DNA from: an uncultured delta proteobacterium
GTDB taxonomy: Bacteria; Myxococcota_A; UBA9160; SMWR01
Assembly (NCBI GenBank): GCA_963832165.1
Contig: CAWHTE010000004.1
Location: forward strand, 544,001-608,000
Reading direction: 5' to 3'
Length of the DNA: 64,000 nt
The stretch's first letter is position 1, and each line of letters begins with the position of its first letter. The notes beneath the pieces are model-generated. The model searched no databases. It was not told where the DNA came from and worked only from the letters and a program-made list of their open reading frames with translations. Positions 39,640 to 48,841 of the stretch are shown one piece after another. A program made the translations under genes and the position numbers.

Positions 39640-39703
39640 GTATTCCGCGCCAAAAAGCGCGGGACTCCTATCGCAATGGCCACCACTTGGGTATGCTTAT
39701 TGC

Positions 39704-40255
39704 ATGTCCAAATGGGCGGGTGATGCGGAAAACGGGCTCTCCGTCGGCCAGGCTGCTGCGCTCGCCCTCGCGCTGATCGCCGCATTCGCAGCCGCCCCGA
39801 GCGCTGTGTGGGCCGCAGCCGAAGCCACCTCCCTCGAAGTCCAGGGGATGATCTTCGTGGGCAGTCGCGCCGGCGTGCGCGAGGTGGTGCTGCGGTCGCG
39901 CACGGCCTGGCTGCGGCCCGAGCAGCAGATCGCCGAGCTCAAGGACGTGAGCGCGATCGTGACCGAGGACGACGCGGGCCAGCGCAGCTTCACGATGAAC
40001 TGCGCGCGCGTCGAGCTCGACATCGCGCGCAGCGACTTCCTCGCCGACGGAAACGTGACCGGTGAAACCGCGGAAGGTCAACACTATTCGGCGCCCTGGG
40101 TGCGCTATGTGCACGAGCAGGGCCTGCTCTACACCGACGCGCCGGTCCAGATGAACGACAGCCGCGGGAGCTTTCGAGGCAACGGTTTCCGCTACCACGT
40201 GCACGAGCGGCGCTTCGAGCTGCTCGGCAACGTGCGCGTGGAGCAGCACCCGTGA
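39704..40255 (+). CDS. lptC: LPS export protein LptC
   Basis: Hydrophobic N-terminus, beta-jellyroll pattern (LLYTDAPV..G.GF..LLGNV), position before lptA/lptB. Confidence 0.78.
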   Translation: MSKWAGDAENGLSVGQAAALALALIAAFAAAPSAVWAAAEATSLEVQGMIFVGSRAGVREVVLRSRTAWLRPEQQIAELKDVSAIVTEDDAGQRSFTMNCARVELDIARSDFLADGNVTGETAEGQHYSAPWVRYVHEQGLLYTDAPVQMNDSRGSFRGNGFRYHVHERRFELLGNVRVEQHP

Positions 40256-41217
40256 TTCGACGGCGTCACGTGTTCGCGGGCTTCGTGGGCGCGCTCGCCG
40301 CAGGTGCGGCCCAGGCCGTGGGTCCCGACCTGCCTCCGTTCGGTCTCGGCGCGTTCGATCGCGAGGAGCCGATCGAGATCACGGCCGATGAGCTCGAAGC
40401 GCAGGACCAGGACGGGATGCGCAAGCTCGCGTTCCGGCGCAGCGTCGAGGTGCGCCAGGGCCCGCTGCATCTCTCGGCCGACGTACTCCAGGCGGTGTAC
40501 GTCTCGGGCGAGAGCCAGCCGCGCGAGCTCGAAGCGCGCGGTGGCGTGCGGATCCGGGAGGGCACCCGACGCGCGCGCTGCGACGAGGCGCGCTACGACC
40601 GCCCCGCGCAGTCGCTCGTGTGCCGCGGCAAGCCGGCCGAGCTCTTCGATGCCGACGATCGGCTCGCGGGTGGCGCGATCCTGTTCGACCTCGGCAAGAA
40701 GACCGTGCGCGTGGAGAACGGTACCGAGGTGGAGATCCACCGCGAGCTCAGCGAGGCCGACATCGCGGAGCTCGGCGCCGACCCCGAGGTGCTCGAGCGC
40801 GTGCGCGGCAAGGGCCCGCTCTCGATCCGTTCCGACACGCTCGAAGCGAGCGACCCCGGGGAGACCGAGCGGCAGATCCGCTTCGGCGGCGGTGTCGCGC
40901 TCCGCCAGGGCGACATCGAGCTGTTCGCGCGCGAGCTCGAGGCGATCTATCCGCCGGGCGCTCAGCAGCCCGACCGGCTGATCGCGCGCGACGACGTCGT
41001 GCTGCGCGAGGGCCAGCGCGAGGCGCGTTGCGCGCGCGCGGAATACCAGCTCGACGAGCGCAAGCTCGCCTGCGAGGGCGACGCGGTACTGCGCGACCGC
41101 GACGACCGTCTGGAAGGCGAGCGGATCGCGTTCGACTTCGGCGCCCAGAAGGTCGATGCCGTCGGGCGCACCCGGCTCTCGGTGCAATCGCTGCGGCGCG
41201 ACCGGGAGGCGCCGTGA
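40252..41217 (+). CDS. lptA: LptA/OstA family protein with two tandem OstA domains
   Basis: PIEITADELEA..F...V...QG and PLSIRSDTLEA..F.G.V...QG. Confidence 0.8.
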   Translation: MIRRRHVFAGFVGALAAGAAQAVGPDLPPFGLGAFDREEPIEITADELEAQDQDGMRKLAFRRSVEVRQGPLHLSADVLQAVYVSGESQPRELEARGGVRIREGTRRARCDEARYDRPAQSLVCRGKPAELFDADDRLAGGAILFDLGKKTVRVENGTEVEIHRELSEADIAELGADPEVLERVRGKGPLSIRSDTLEASDPGETERQIRFGGGVALRQGDIELFARELEAIYPPGAQQPDRLIARDDVVLREGQREARCARAEYQLDERKLACEGDAVLRDRDDRLEGERIAFDFGAQKVDAVGRTRLSVQSLRRDREAP

Positions 41218-41939
41218 CGACACTGACCGGGGTGGACCTGCGCAAGCGCTACGGCGACCGCGACGTGGTGAGCCACGTGGATGTGGCGGTGCACCCCGCA
41301 CAGGTCGTTGGACTCCTGGGTCCCAACGGCGCGGGCAAGACCACCACGTTCAACATGCTCGCGGGAGGGATCCGGCCCAGCGATGGTCACGTGCGGCTCG
41401 GCGATCTCGACATCACCGAGCTGCCGATGTACCGCCGCGCGCGGCTCGGGATCACGTACCTGCCGCAGGAGGCTTCGATCTTCCGCAAGCTCTCCGTGGC
41501 GGACAACGTCAACGCGATTCTCGAGACGGTCGAGCCCGATCGCAAGGTGCGCCGCACGCGTCTGCGCGAACTCCTGGCCGAGCTCGGCCTGACCGACAAG
41601 GCTGGTAGACGCGGCGACACGCTCTCCGGAGGCGAGCGGCGCCGCGTGGAGATCACGCGGGCGCTCGTGCTCAACCCGAAGTTCATGCTGCTCGACGAGC
41701 CGTTCGCGGGCATCGATCCGATCGCGGTGCTCGACATCCAGAAGATCATCGAGCAGCTCAAGGCGCGCGGGATCGGCGTGATCATCACCGATCACAACGT
41801 GCGCGAGACGCTTTCGATCTGCGACCACGCCTACATCATCAAGGACGGGCGGATCATCCGCGAAGGCTCGCCCAAAGACGTGGCCGCCGATCCCCAGGTC
41901 AGAGAGATCTACCTGGGAGAGAACTTCCAGCTCGCATAG
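41214..41939 (+). CDS. lptB: LPS export ABC ATPase
   Basis: GPNGAGKT, YLPQEASIFRKL, LSGGERRR, DEPFAGIDP, TDHNVRETL. Confidence 0.96.
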   Translation: MTTLTGVDLRKRYGDRDVVSHVDVAVHPAQVVGLLGPNGAGKTTTFNMLAGGIRPSDGHVRLGDLDITELPMYRRARLGITYLPQEASIFRKLSVADNVNAILETVEPDRKVRRTRLRELLAELGLTDKAGRRGDTLSGGERRRVEITRALVLNPKFMLLDEPFAGIDPIAVLDIQKIIEQLKARGIGVIITDHNVRETLSICDHAYIIKDGRIIREGSPKDVAADPQVREIYLGENFQLA

Positions 41940-41961
41940 GAATCCAGGAGCAGATCGACCC

Positions 41962-43455
41962 ATGGCACTCGAGCTCAAGCAACAGGTTCGCCTCAGCCAG
42001 CAGCTGGTGATGACCCCCCAGCTGCAGCAGGCGATCAAGCTGCTGCAGCTCTCGCGCATGGAGCTCGTCGATCTGGTGCAGCAGGAGCTCCAGGAGAATC
42101 CGGTGCTCGAGGAGGGCATCGAGACCGACGAGGAGCGCGCCGCCGCGGAGAGCGTGGGACTCGCGGAGAATCCCGAGATCGCCGACGCGACCGAGGCGAC
42201 CGCGGAGCTCGCGGCTGCGGACCTCGGCAGCCCCGACCCCGGCACCGCCAGCGAGGCGACCGACGCCGAGAAGTTCGCCGACGTCGACTGGCAGGACTAT
42301 CTCGACGCCAATCCGCACACGGGCATGCGCGAGGTGATGGGCGCGGACGAGCGGCCCTCGATCGACGCCACCTACACGCGCCGCGAGACGCTCTCCGAGC
42401 ACCTGCTCTGGCAGCTCCAGCTCGCGTCGCTGCCGGTCGAGGAAGAGATCGCCGCGCGCTTCATCATCGGCAACCTCGACGACCGCGGCTATCTGACCTC
42501 GCCGCTCGAAGAGATCTCGCGCCAGAGCGGCGTGCGCGAGAGCGTGGTGGTCACCGCGCTCGCCGTCGTGCAGGAGTTCGACCCGAACGGCGTCGCGGCG
42601 CGCGACCTGCGCGAGTGTCTGCGGGTCCAGGCGCGCCTGCTCGGCATCGAAGATCCGCTCGTGCTGCGGATCCTCGACGAACAGCTCGACGCGCTGGTCA
42701 AGCGCGACTTCCGCGGCGTCGCGCGCGTACTCGGCGTGTCGATCGAGGAGGTCGCCGCGGCATCGCAGGTGATCGGCCGCCTCGAGCCTCGGCCGGGTCG
42801 CGCGTTCGGCGGCGAAGATCCGGTCTACATCGTTCCGGACATCTACGTGTACCGGATTGGCGACGACTTCCACGTCGTGCTCAACGACGACGGACTGCCG
42901 CGCCTGCGCATCAGCGCGCTCTACCGCGAGGTGCTCGCGAAGGGCAATTCCGCGCCGAAGGACACCAAGGAATACGTGGGCGACAAGGTCCGCTCGGCGA
43001 TGTGGCTGATCAAGTCGATCCACCAGCGCCAGCGCACGATCTACAAGGTGATGCAGAGCATCATCAAGCACCAGCGCGAGTTCTTCGAACGCGGCATCAA
43101 CTATCTCAAACCGCTCAATCTGCGCGACGTGGCAGACGATATCGAGATGCACGAGTCGACGGTGAGCCGCGTGACCACCAACAAGTACGCCCATACACCA
43201 CAGGGCATCTTCGAGCTGAAGTACTTCTTCAACTCGAGCATCAGCCGCGTGCAGGGCGATGCGGTGGCGAGCGAGAGCGTGAAGGAGCGGATCCGCCGGC
43301 TGATCGTGAACGAGGATCCGCGGCGCCCGCTCTCCGATCAGCGGATCGCCGAAATGCTTCGCGTGGCGAACATCGACATCGCGCGGCGCACCGTGACCAA
43401 ATATCGCGAGTCGATGAACCTCTTGTCCTCGACCAAACGACGACAGGTAGGGTGA
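41962..43455 (+). CDS. rpoN: RNA polymerase sigma-54 factor
   Basis: QQLVMTPQLQQAIKLLQL, HESTVSR, RpoN box ARRTVTKYR. Confidence 0.97.
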   Translation: MALELKQQVRLSQQLVMTPQLQQAIKLLQLSRMELVDLVQQELQENPVLEEGIETDEERAAAESVGLAENPEIADATEATAELAAADLGSPDPGTASEATDAEKFADVDWQDYLDANPHTGMREVMGADERPSIDATYTRRETLSEHLLWQLQLASLPVEEEIAARFIIGNLDDRGYLTSPLEEISRQSGVRESVVVTALAVVQEFDPNGVAARDLRECLRVQARLLGIEDPLVLRILDEQLDALVKRDFRGVARVLGVSIEEVAAASQVIGRLEPRPGRAFGGEDPVYIVPDIYVYRIGDDFHVVLNDDGLPRLRISALYREVLAKGNSAPKDTKEYVGDKVRSAMWLIKSIHQRQRTIYKVMQSIIKHQREFFERGINYLKPLNLRDVADDIEMHESTVSRVTTNKYAHTPQGIFELKYFFNSSISRVQGDAVASESVKERIRRLIVNEDPRRPLSDQRIAEMLRVANIDIARRTVTKYRESMNLLSSTKRRQVG

Positions 43456-43495
43456 TGCGGGCTAGAGTGCCGGCTCGCAGGCCAGGGGCACGCCG

Positions 43496-43957
43496 ATGAA
43501 GATCATGGAGATCCTCGTCAAAGAGTCCGTGATCCTCGATCTCGGCGTGCGGACCAAGCGCGAAGTGCTTGCGGAGATGGCCGCGAGCCTCGCGAAGGTC
43601 GAGCCGCAGATCGCAGCCGACCGGCTGCTCGACGTGCTCATGGAGCGCGAGGCACTCCAGAGCACCGGGATCGGCGAGGGCGTGGCGATCCCCCACGGGA
43701 AGCTCCCGGGACTCGAGCGGCTGGTCGCGAGCTTCGCGCGCAGCCGCGAGGGCATCGACTTCGAGTCGATCGACGGTCAGCTCACCCACCACTTCTTCCT
43801 GCTGGTAGTGCCCGAGCATTCGGGCGGGCAGTACCTGAAGGCGCTCGCTCGGATCTCCCGGTTCTTCCGGGATCCCGCCTTCCGCCAGAGCCTCGCGCAG
43901 GGCGAGGAACTGGAAGACGTGATCCGCGCAATCGAAGAAGAAGACGCCAAGCTCTGA
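43496..43957 (+). CDS. ptsN: PTS EIIA(Ntr)-like protein
   Basis: ERE..STGIGEGVAIPH. Confidence 0.9.
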   Translation: MKIMEILVKESVILDLGVRTKREVLAEMAASLAKVEPQIAADRLLDVLMEREALQSTGIGEGVAIPHGKLPGLERLVASFARSREGIDFESIDGQLTHHFFLLVVPEHSGGQYLKALARISRFFRDPAFRQSLAQGEELEDVIRAIEEEDAKL

Positions 43958-43979
43958 TCCGCGTTCGCTTGGAGATGCC

Positions 43980-44489
43980 GTGAGATACCACGGTGTATTG
44001 GTCGACGTCGGAGGTGTGGGCGTGCTGCTCGCGGGGCCGAGCGGTGCCGGCAAGAGCGAGTGCGCGCTCGAGCTGATCGCGCGCGGGAACCGGCTGGTCG
44101 CGGACGATGCGGTCGAGCTCACGCGCGAGGGCGACCGCGTGATCGGGCGCGCCTCGGAGGTGATCGGACCGCACCTCGAAATCCGCGGGCTCGGCATCCT
44201 CAGCGTCGTGGACCTCTACGGCCCGGACGCGTGGACGGAGTCGGCTGCGGTCGAGCTCGTGTGCCGACTCGACCCGGGCCGCGCGGACTTCGACCGCGTC
44301 GGGCTCGTGCGCGAGACCGAGGACCTGCTGGGCGTCGCGGTGCCGCGCGTCGTGCTGCCGGCGCCGCCGGGCACCAGCCTCGCGACGATCGTCGACGCGG
44401 CCGTGCGCGACCTGCGCCTGCGGATGGCCGGCACCAACTCCGCGGAGCGCTTCGACGCGCGCTGGCAGCGGTCGAGGCGATCGTCGTGA
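43980..44489 (+). CDS. hprK: HPr kinase/phosphorylase, catalytic domain only
   Basis: HGVLVDV.GVGVLL.GPSGAGKSECALEL, LVADD, LEIRGLGI. Confidence 0.85.
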   Translation: MRYHGVLVDVGGVGVLLAGPSGAGKSECALELIARGNRLVADDAVELTREGDRVIGRASEVIGPHLEIRGLGILSVVDLYGPDAWTESAAVELVCRLDPGRADFDRVGLVRETEDLLGVAVPRVVLPAPPGTSLATIVDAAVRDLRLRMAGTNSAERFDARWQRSRRSS

Positions 44490-45349
44490 GCCGCTCACGC
44501 GTCGTGTTCGTGTCGGGGTTGTCGGGCAGCGGCAAGAGCACTGCGATGGCCGCGCTCGAGGATCTCGGCTTCTACTGCGCGGACAACCTGCCGGCCCCGC
44601 TGGTCGATCAGTTTCTCGATCTCTGCGCCAAGGCCACGCCGCCGATCGAGAAAATCGCGCTCGCGCTCGACGCGCGCGAGGCCCAGTTCCTGACCGCGAT
44701 GCCCGCGGCGATCGCGCGCGTGCGCGAGGTGGGGCACTCGGTGGAGCTGCTCTTCCTCGACAGCTCGGACGAGTCGCTCGTGCGCCGTTACCGGGAGACG
44801 CGGCGCGTCCACCCGCTCTCCCCGGACGGCTCGGTCGAGCGCGGCATTGCGGCCGAGCGCACGCTCCTGCGCGACGTCGCGCGCCTCGCCGACCGCTCGA
44901 TCGATACCAGTGCGCTCAACGTGCACCAGCTCAAGGCCGCGATCGTCCAGGTGGTGTCGGGCCAGACCCGCCCCACGGTCGTGAACGTGGTCTCGTTCGG
45001 GTTCCGCTATGGCACGCCCGAGGCGCTCGAGCTCTTGTTCGACGTGCGCTTTCTGCCCAATCCCTTCTTCGAGACCGACCTGCGCGAGCGCACCGGACTC
45101 GACGCCCCCGTGGCCGAATACGTGCTCAAGTCGACGCGCGGGTCGGCGTTCTTCGAGCGTCTGCGCGATTGGCTGCGCTTCCTGCTACCCCTCTACGACA
45201 GCGAGGGGAAGGCCTACGTCACGATCGGGGTAGGGTGCACTGGGGGAAGGCACCGGTCGGTGGTGGTGGCCGAAGCCATCGCGGTCGCGCTGCGCGCGGA
45301 CGGCCGCGAGGTGAACGTCGAGCACCGCGACGTGGAGAAGAGCACATGA
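44486..45349 (+). CDS. rapZ: RNase adapter RapZ/YvcJ
   Basis: SGLSGSGKS, DNLP, ETRR.HPL, SFGFRYG, DVRFLPNP, GCTGGRHRSV. Confidence 0.95.
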   Translation: MSRSRVVFVSGLSGSGKSTAMAALEDLGFYCADNLPAPLVDQFLDLCAKATPPIEKIALALDAREAQFLTAMPAAIARVREVGHSVELLFLDSSDESLVRRYRETRRVHPLSPDGSVERGIAAERTLLRDVARLADRSIDTSALNVHQLKAAIVQVVSGQTRPTVVNVVSFGFRYGTPEALELLFDVRFLPNPFFETDLRERTGLDAPVAEYVLKSTRGSAFFERLRDWLRFLLPLYDSEGKAYVTIGVGCTGGRHRSVVVAEAIAVALRADGREVNVEHRDVEKST

Positions 45350-45756
45350 AGCCGGGCATCGTGATCGTGACGCACTACCGGCTCGGCGAAGAGTTCCTGC
45401 AGGCGCTGCGCCTGATCGTGCCGGATGCGCCGGAGTTCCACTCGGTGTCGGTGGAGCCCACCCAGACGGTCGAGGAGATGCGCAGCAAGATCCAGGACGC
45501 GCTCAAGGCGGCCGACCGCGGGAACGGAATCCTCGTGCTCACCGACATGTTCGGCGGCACGCCCTCGAACATCGCGCTCTCGTTCCTCGACGAGCACCGC
45601 GTGGAAGTCGTCACGGGCCTCAACCTTCCGATGCTGATCAAGCTCGCGACGATGAGCGAGGACAAACCGCTCGACGAGCTCGCCGCGTTCATCAAGAGCT
45701 ATGGGCAGCGCAACATCTCGGTGGCGAGCGAGCTCCTCCCGGACGAGGGCCAATGA
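45346..45756 (+). CDS. PTS EIIA, mannose family
   Basis: [24 protein letters not shown]. Confidence 0.92.
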   Translation: MKPGIVIVTHYRLGEEFLQALRLIVPDAPEFHSVSVEPTQTVEEMRSKIQDALKAADRGNGILVLTDMFGGTPSNIALSFLDEHRVEVVTGLNLPMLIKLATMSEDKPLDELAAFIKSYGQRNISVASELLPDEGQ

Positions 45757-46076
45757 CCGGCGATTCGCGCTGCGAGCGGGTGTTCACGGTGCACTCCGAC
45801 CTCGGGCTGCACGCGCGCCCGGCCGGCGTGTTCGTGATGGTCGCCAAGCGCTTCGAGGCCCAGATCGAGGTGGCGCGCGCGGAGGGCGGCGAGGACTGGG
45901 TGGACGGCCGCAGCATCCTGTCGCTGCTCTCGCTCGCGGCCGGTCGCGGCACGCGCCTGCGCGTGCGCGCCCAGGGCACCGATGCAGCCGACGCCGTGGA
46001 GGCGCTGGGCCGGCTGCTCGAGGGTCGCGACGCGACTCCCGGATCGGGCGCAGCCGAGCGCAGCCAAACAGGCTAG
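45753..46076 (+). CDS. ptsH: HPr/NPr phosphocarrier
   Basis: GLHARPA (His15) and [10 protein letters not shown] (Ser46). Confidence 0.93.
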   Translation: MTGDSRCERVFTVHSDLGLHARPAGVFVMVAKRFEAQIEVARAEGGEDWVDGRSILSLLSLAAGRGTRLRVRAQGTDAADAVEALGRLLEGRDATPGSGAAERSQTG

Positions 46077-46127
46077 ACGCAAGCGCCGCGAAGCGGCGCG
46101 CGCAGCGAGCCGAAGGCGAGCGAAGTC
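46073..46127 (+). repeat. CTAG/GAA-triloop multi-hairpin repeat
   Basis: CTAG..GCAA, GCGCCGC-GAA-GCGGCGC, then GCAGCGAGCCGAAGGCGAGCGAAGTC. Confidence 0.7.
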
Positions 46128-46194
46128 AAAGAGGGGGTCAGGGCATCCTCGACGGTCGAGAGTCTTGGACCGGCCTGCTAGGATGCCCGCCTCC

Positions 46195-46255
46195 GGGGCC
46201 TCGCCGGGTCGCCCGCGATCCGCTCCGATGGCCCCAGCAGACCCGATCCGAGGAG
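46195..46255 (+). promoter_or_regulatory. Candidate structured 5' leader (pseudoknot) of metK
   Basis: GGGGCC/GGCCCC and CGGGTC/GACCCG pairings interleave and end 4 nt before GAGGAG; TGcTAGGAT extended -10 at 46176-46184. Confidence 0.35.
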
Positions 46256-46264
46256 AATCCGGTT

Positions 46265-47428
46265 ATGTCGCGCCAGCTGTTCACGTCCGAGTCGGTCTCG
46301 ATGGGCCATCCCGACAAGATGTGCGACCAGATCTCGGACGCCGTGCTCGACGCGATGCTCGAGCAGGATCCGACCTCGCGCGTCGCGTGCGAGACGCTGA
46401 CCACCACGGGCATGGTGCTGCTCGCGGGCGAGATCACCACCAAGGCCGACGTCGAGTTTCCCGCGCTCGTGCGCGATGTGGTGCGCTTCATCGGCTACAC
46501 GAGCTCGGAGATGGGGTTCGACGCCGACACCTGCGCCGTGCAGGTCGCGCTCGGCAAGCAGTCGCCCGACATCTCGCAGGGCGTGACCGAGGGCGAGGGC
46601 CTGCACAAGGAGCAGGGCGCGGGCGACCAGGGAATGATGTTCGGGTACGCCTGCGACGAGACGCCCGAGCTGATGCCTGCCCCGATCCGGCTCGCGCACC
46701 AGCTGATCGAGCGGCACCGCGAGCTCTTCGAGACCAACAAGCTCTCCTACCTGCGGCCCGACGCGAAGTCGCAGGTGACGGTCGAGTACGCGGATGACAA
46801 GCCCCGGCGGATCACCGCGGTCGTGCTGTCGACGCAGCACAGCCCCCAGGTGAGCTACGACACGCTGCGCAAGGACGTGATCGAGCAGATGATCCGGCCG
46901 GCGCTGCCGGCGAACTGGATCGACGCCAACACCGTGTTCCACGTCAACCCGACCGGCCGCTTCGTGGTGGGCGGCCCGATGGGCGACGCGGGCCTGACCG
47001 GGCGCAAGATCATCGTCGATACCTACGGCGGCATGGGTCGCCACGGCGGCGGCGCGTTCTCGGGCAAGGATCCCTCGAAGGTCGACCGCAGCGCGGCCTA
47101 CGCCGCGCGCTGGGTGGCGAAGAACCTCGTGAAGGCCGGCATCGCGCGGCGCGCCGAGGTGCAGCTCGCCTACGCGATCGGCGTGGCCGAGCCGATCTCG
47201 ATCCGCGTCGACACGTTCGGTACCTCGACGTTCGACTTCGATCGCCTCGAGCGGCTCGTGCGCGACCACTTCGACCTGACTCCGCGCGGGATCATCGAGG
47301 CGCTCGATCTGCGGCGCCCGATCTACCGCGCAACCGCCTATCACGGTCACTTCGGGCGCGAAGACCAGGGCTTCCCCTGGGAGGAGACGTCGCGCGCCGA
47401 GGCGCTGCGCCGCGCGGCGGCGCGCTGA
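46265..47428 (+). CDS. metK: S-adenosylmethionine synthetase
   Basis: [37 protein letters not shown]. Confidence 0.98.
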   Translation: MSRQLFTSESVSMGHPDKMCDQISDAVLDAMLEQDPTSRVACETLTTTGMVLLAGEITTKADVEFPALVRDVVRFIGYTSSEMGFDADTCAVQVALGKQSPDISQGVTEGEGLHKEQGAGDQGMMFGYACDETPELMPAPIRLAHQLIERHRELFETNKLSYLRPDAKSQVTVEYADDKPRRITAVVLSTQHSPQVSYDTLRKDVIEQMIRPALPANWIDANTVFHVNPTGRFVVGGPMGDAGLTGRKIIVDTYGGMGRHGGGAFSGKDPSKVDRSAAYAARWVAKNLVKAGIARRAEVQLAYAIGVAEPISIRVDTFGTSTFDFDRLERLVRDHFDLTPRGIIEALDLRRPIYRATAYHGHFGREDQGFPWEETSRAEALRRAAAR

Positions 47429-47432
47429 GCGG

Positions 47433-48497
47433 GTGACGCGGCGCGCGCGAGCGCGGTGGACCCCGTGGCTGCTCGGGGTCGGTGCGGGGGTCGCGTTCGC
47501 GGGCGCGGCGACCGCTCAGGAGCTGCGCGTGCTGCTCTACGAGACGCGCGGCACGACCCAGATCGCGGGCGCGCGCGTGGCGCCGGACGGCCCCGGCCTG
47601 CGCATCGACGGGCGCCGCGTGGGTCGGCGCTGGGTGGCGCCCGGGCCGGGACCGCATCGCGCGGGCGACCAGTGGGTGCGCGGCAGCGTCGCCGTGGAGC
47701 GCCGCGGGTCGGGCCTGCGCGTGATCAATCGCGTGCCGCTCGAGACCTACGTCGCGGGAACGCTCGGCACCGAGGTGTACAGCCGCTGGGACGACGACAC
47801 TCTGCGCGCGCAGGCCGTGGTGACGCGCACGTATGCGCTCTACCAGCGCGCGCGCCGCGGCGCGCAGGGCTTCGACCTCGAGGCCGACACGAGCAGCCAG
47901 GTCTACGGCGGTGTGCGCGCAGAGGATCCCGCGATCGCGAGCGCGGTCGCGGCCACGCGCTCCGAGGTGCTCACCTGGAACGGCCAGCCGATCCTCGCCG
48001 CGTTCCACTCCGCGGCGGGAGGCCGGACCGCGAGCGCCGAGGAGGTCTGGGGCGAGGCGCTTCCCTACTTGAGCAGCGTCGAGGTCGACGGCGAGCAGGA
48101 CTCGCCCGACACCTACTGGCGCGTGCGGTACTCGCGCACCGAGCTCGGGCGCGCGCTCGCGCCGCTGGGTCTCCGGCTCGGCGCGGTCCGCGAGGCGCGC
48201 GTGGCCGCGCGCACGCCGAGCGGCCGAGCGGCGCGCGTCGTGCTGACGGGATCGCTCGGAAGCGGGCACGTCACGGGGCGCGCGCTGCGCTCCGCGCTCG
48301 GCGACGGCGTGATCCGCAGCACGCTGTTCGAGATCCGCGATCTCGGCGACGACGTCGTATTCGTGGGCTCGGGCCACGGCCACGGGGTCGGCATGAGCCA
48401 GTGGGGAGCCCAGGCGATGGCCGAGCGCGGCGCCGACTACCGCGAGATCCTCGCGGCCTTCTATCCCGGAACCCGGTTGGAACGGAGGTCCAAGTGA
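47433..48497 (+). CDS. SpoIID/LytB domain lytic transglycosylase
   Basis: LETYVAG....E, LRAQAV..RTYA, SQVY, GHGVGMSQWGA, IL..FYPG. Confidence 0.92.
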   Translation: MTRRARARWTPWLLGVGAGVAFAGAATAQELRVLLYETRGTTQIAGARVAPDGPGLRIDGRRVGRRWVAPGPGPHRAGDQWVRGSVAVERRGSGLRVINRVPLETYVAGTLGTEVYSRWDDDTLRAQAVVTRTYALYQRARRGAQGFDLEADTSSQVYGGVRAEDPAIASAVAATRSEVLTWNGQPILAAFHSAAGGRTASAEEVWGEALPYLSSVEVDGEQDSPDTYWRVRYSRTELGRALAPLGLRLGAVREARVAARTPSGRAARVVLTGSLGSGHVTGRALRSALGDGVIRSTLFEIRDLGDDVVFVGSGHGHGVGMSQWGAQAMAERGADYREILAAFYPGTRLERRSK

Positions 48498-48841
48498 ACG
48501 AGACCCTTGCCGGCTTCGTGCCGCTCCAGGCGGCGGCCGAGACGCCGTCGCCGCTCGGCATGCTCGTGCCCATGGGGCTGATCTTCCTGATCTTCTATTT
48601 CCTGTTGATCCGCCCGCAGCAGAAGCGCCAGCGCGATCTCGACGCGATGCTCAAGGCGATCGACAAGAACGACAGCGTCGTGACGGCGGGCGGGCTGCAC
48701 GGCAAGGTGGTCGGAATCGCCGACGACGTGCTCACGATCGAGATCGCAGCGCTGAAGGGCGAGCGCGTCCGGGTCAAGGTTTCCCGGGCGAAGATCGAGA
48801 GCGTGCAGAAGGCGAAGAAGGGCGAGGGCGAAGAGACATGA
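48494..48841 (+). CDS. yajC: Preprotein translocase subunit YajC
   Basis: IFYFLLIRPQQKR, VVTAGGLHG. Confidence 0.95.
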   Translation: MNETLAGFVPLQAAAETPSPLGMLVPMGLIFLIFYFLLIRPQQKRQRDLDAMLKAIDKNDSVVTAGGLHGKVVGIADDVLTIEIAALKGERVRVKVSRAKIESVQKAKKGEGEET

